DNA of 60,943 nucleotides, counting the filler. It is 8 parts of 8 records of this genome, joined end to end, with 100 filler letters (N's around TTAATTAATTAA, not from the genome) between each part and the next. Parts side by side here need not be neighbours in the genome. Positions count along the whole stretch, not along the records: positions 48,652 to 60,943 come from SRR31147125_36523; 7 more parts are not named here. The stretch is one strand, 5' to 3'. Positions within the stretch are counted from its first letter, which is position 1. Every line of letters starts with the position of its first letter. Below the pieces are notes generated by a model, which was given only the letters and a program-made list of their open reading frames with translations, did not search any database and was not told where the DNA came from. Of the stretch, positions 59,550 through 60,943 are shown in pieces. The position numbers and the translations under genes are program-made.

Positions 59550-60943
59550 TTAGTATTTATCAATAATTCTCACCCAACCCTGGGCAATGCCATTTCGTAA
59601 AATACCTTCCTGTAAATAGGTCATTGCACCAGCGTTCCAGGCTGTTTCAAAATCTTTTTTAATCAATGTAGTTTCAACTGGAATCCAAATTGACTTTTGG
59701 CCGGACAAACTTTCTCTTATCACATATCGTTTTTCATTATCTGTTATTATATGACTTTGTTGAACAGGCACGCCTGAATTGAACATTAAATATAAATGGG
59801 CAATCTCCTTTTTCGGATCCTTTACCTCTACAAACGCTGTTTGTATACCCACGCTTTCCAGCATACTAGCATAAAGAACGACAAGATCATCACAATCTCC
59901 ACTTTTAATTTTCAAAGTCTCATGCGCATATTGAACCCGATCATCCTGGTAAAAGGGAATATTTGGGTCCGGATGATATACAATCCCAGACAAACATAGT
60001 CTGTTGAAAATATGTTTCGCCATGATAAATGTCCGCTCCAAGTCCTGGTGAATTTCAGGCAGATCCTGGATCATTTCGCGTGTTAATTTCAAAACCAGTT
60101 CATCTTCAGGCGTCAGAAAAAATCCCAGTTTATCCATTTCCCCGTCCCAGGCATTACGGCTATGAATCGTGATTTGTGCGCTTATGACACGTCTATGTAC
60201 TGTAGCAGCACGCGCTTCCACCTCGAGATCAAGAATAGCCGTATTCCGTTTTCCAACATCTTGTAATCGTTTTCCGAGAAACGCCGTGACCGGTATATCT
60301 CTTGTTTCGCCCTTGGCAACACGCATAAAGCCACTATTTCTTGGTTTTTGCGTATATCCCTTAATACTTGAACGAACATTCACTTCTATCGGATACCCTA
60401 CAAGATTTTTAACCGTAACAAGGGCTAAAGGATATGTGTTGTAAAACTGAAAATAGGCTGGATAGATATTTTTGACAATGATTTTGGTATCTTTAATCTG
60501 GAACACTTCTCGTTTGTGCCCCCACATAAAACTGGTTCCGATTCCAAATTCCAGGCCACTGTATTCCTGATCATGCCTAAAATCAACAAAATGATATTTT
60601 AGATCAAAATTCAATGCAAACCAACTGGCAATAACAACATTCGTCCCGCCGCCTATATACCCCCCATATTCTGATTTGGATTCAATGGACTCTTCTTTTC
60701 CTGTTAATCTGTTTGTTTCCGTGATGGACCAGGCCCAGTATGGGCCAGCGCCAAAAGACAGATAGGGATGAAGAGCACCGGACAATCTGGTCGAAAATAA
60801 ATCATACCTTAATCCGAAAAGCAGTGGAATAATGGATTCCACATTTACATCAGAGTCTATAATATTTTCTTTATCTACCTCAACAGCTCCAATAGCACCC
60901 AAACTCATTTCAAAAACAAATCCTGGTAAGCCCTGGAAAAAAA
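59550..60943 (-). CDS. Outer-membrane beta-barrel-like region fused to a transglutaminase-like domain; 5' part outside the window
   Basis: PLLFGLRY, PYLSFGAG, ALNFDLKYHF strands; DRVQY..ETL...GDCDDLVVLYASMLESVGI, HLY, WIPVETT; ORF open to the window end. Confidence 0.7.
   Translation of the reverse strand, partial: FFQGLPGFVFEMSLGAIGAVEVDKENIIDSDVNVESIIPLLFGLRYDLFSTRLSGALHPYLSFGAGPYWAWSITETNRLTGKEESIESKSEYGGYIGGGTNVVIASWFALNFDLKYHFVDFRHDQEYSGLEFGIGTSFMWGHKREVFQIKDTKIIVKNIYPAYFQFYNTYPLALVTVKNLVGYPIEVNVRSSIKGYTQKPRNSGFMRVAKGETRDIPVTAFLGKRLQDVGKRNTAILDLEVEARAATVHRRVISAQITIHSRNAWDGEMDKLGFFLTPEDELVLKLTREMIQDLPEIHQDLERTFIMAKHIFNRLCLSGIVYHPDPNIPFYQDDRVQYAHETLKIKSGDCDDLVVLYASMLESVGIQTAFVEVKDPKKEIAHLYLMFNSGVPVQQSHIITDNEKRYVIRESLSGQKSIWIPVETTLIKKDFETAWNAGAMTYLQEGILRNGIAQGWVRIIDKY

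Noticed and set aside
1..60943. CRISPR array, cas, retron or other defence genes; transposases
   Set aside because: No regularly spaced repeat-spacer array or matching proteins seen by eye.

Overview
This window is not one locus. It is eight unrelated contigs joined by seven 100-nt artificial spacers (N44-TTAATTAATTAA-N44). A (1-5152, GC-rich, deltaproteobacteria-like): FadR/GntR-regulated operon (small protein, W/P-repeat membrane transporter, Tat-exported COG1237 metallo-beta-lactamase-fold protein), then cspA, a 45-aa basic protein and partial rhlE. B (5253-11837): SRP RNA 3' part, dnaX-ybaB-recR, a Cys-repeat lipoprotein and a tandem duplicated envelope-protein gene. C (11938-17128, AT-rich): integrase att-junction with a damaged tmRNA/tRNA 3' end, next to a divergent lysA-like/proC-like/livHMGF cluster. 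D (17229-23150): two GH28 and two heparinase II/III-like genes. E (23251-30306): REP-like palindrome, ald, uup, an orphan + L-amino-acid-ligase-type ATP-grasp + methyltransferase cluster, and DnaA boxes. F (30407-35417) and G (35518-48551), both Clostridia-like: pepV, radC, an apparently catalytically dead DacF, punA, deoB; rlmH, yycJ, DMT, serA, rarA, TIGR00300-like gene, GGDEF-EAL, opuA. H (48652-60943): ECF-promoter Yip1-TolC-MFP-MacAB-type operon with STAS and pentapeptide genes, an XRE module, and a beta-barrel/transglutaminase + FecR-TPR pair. Four genes are split by a missing base in a homopolymer run, most likely sequencing error. No CRISPR array, rRNA or intact tRNA was seen. Family calls come from motif recognition by eye, and lineage guesses are inferences.
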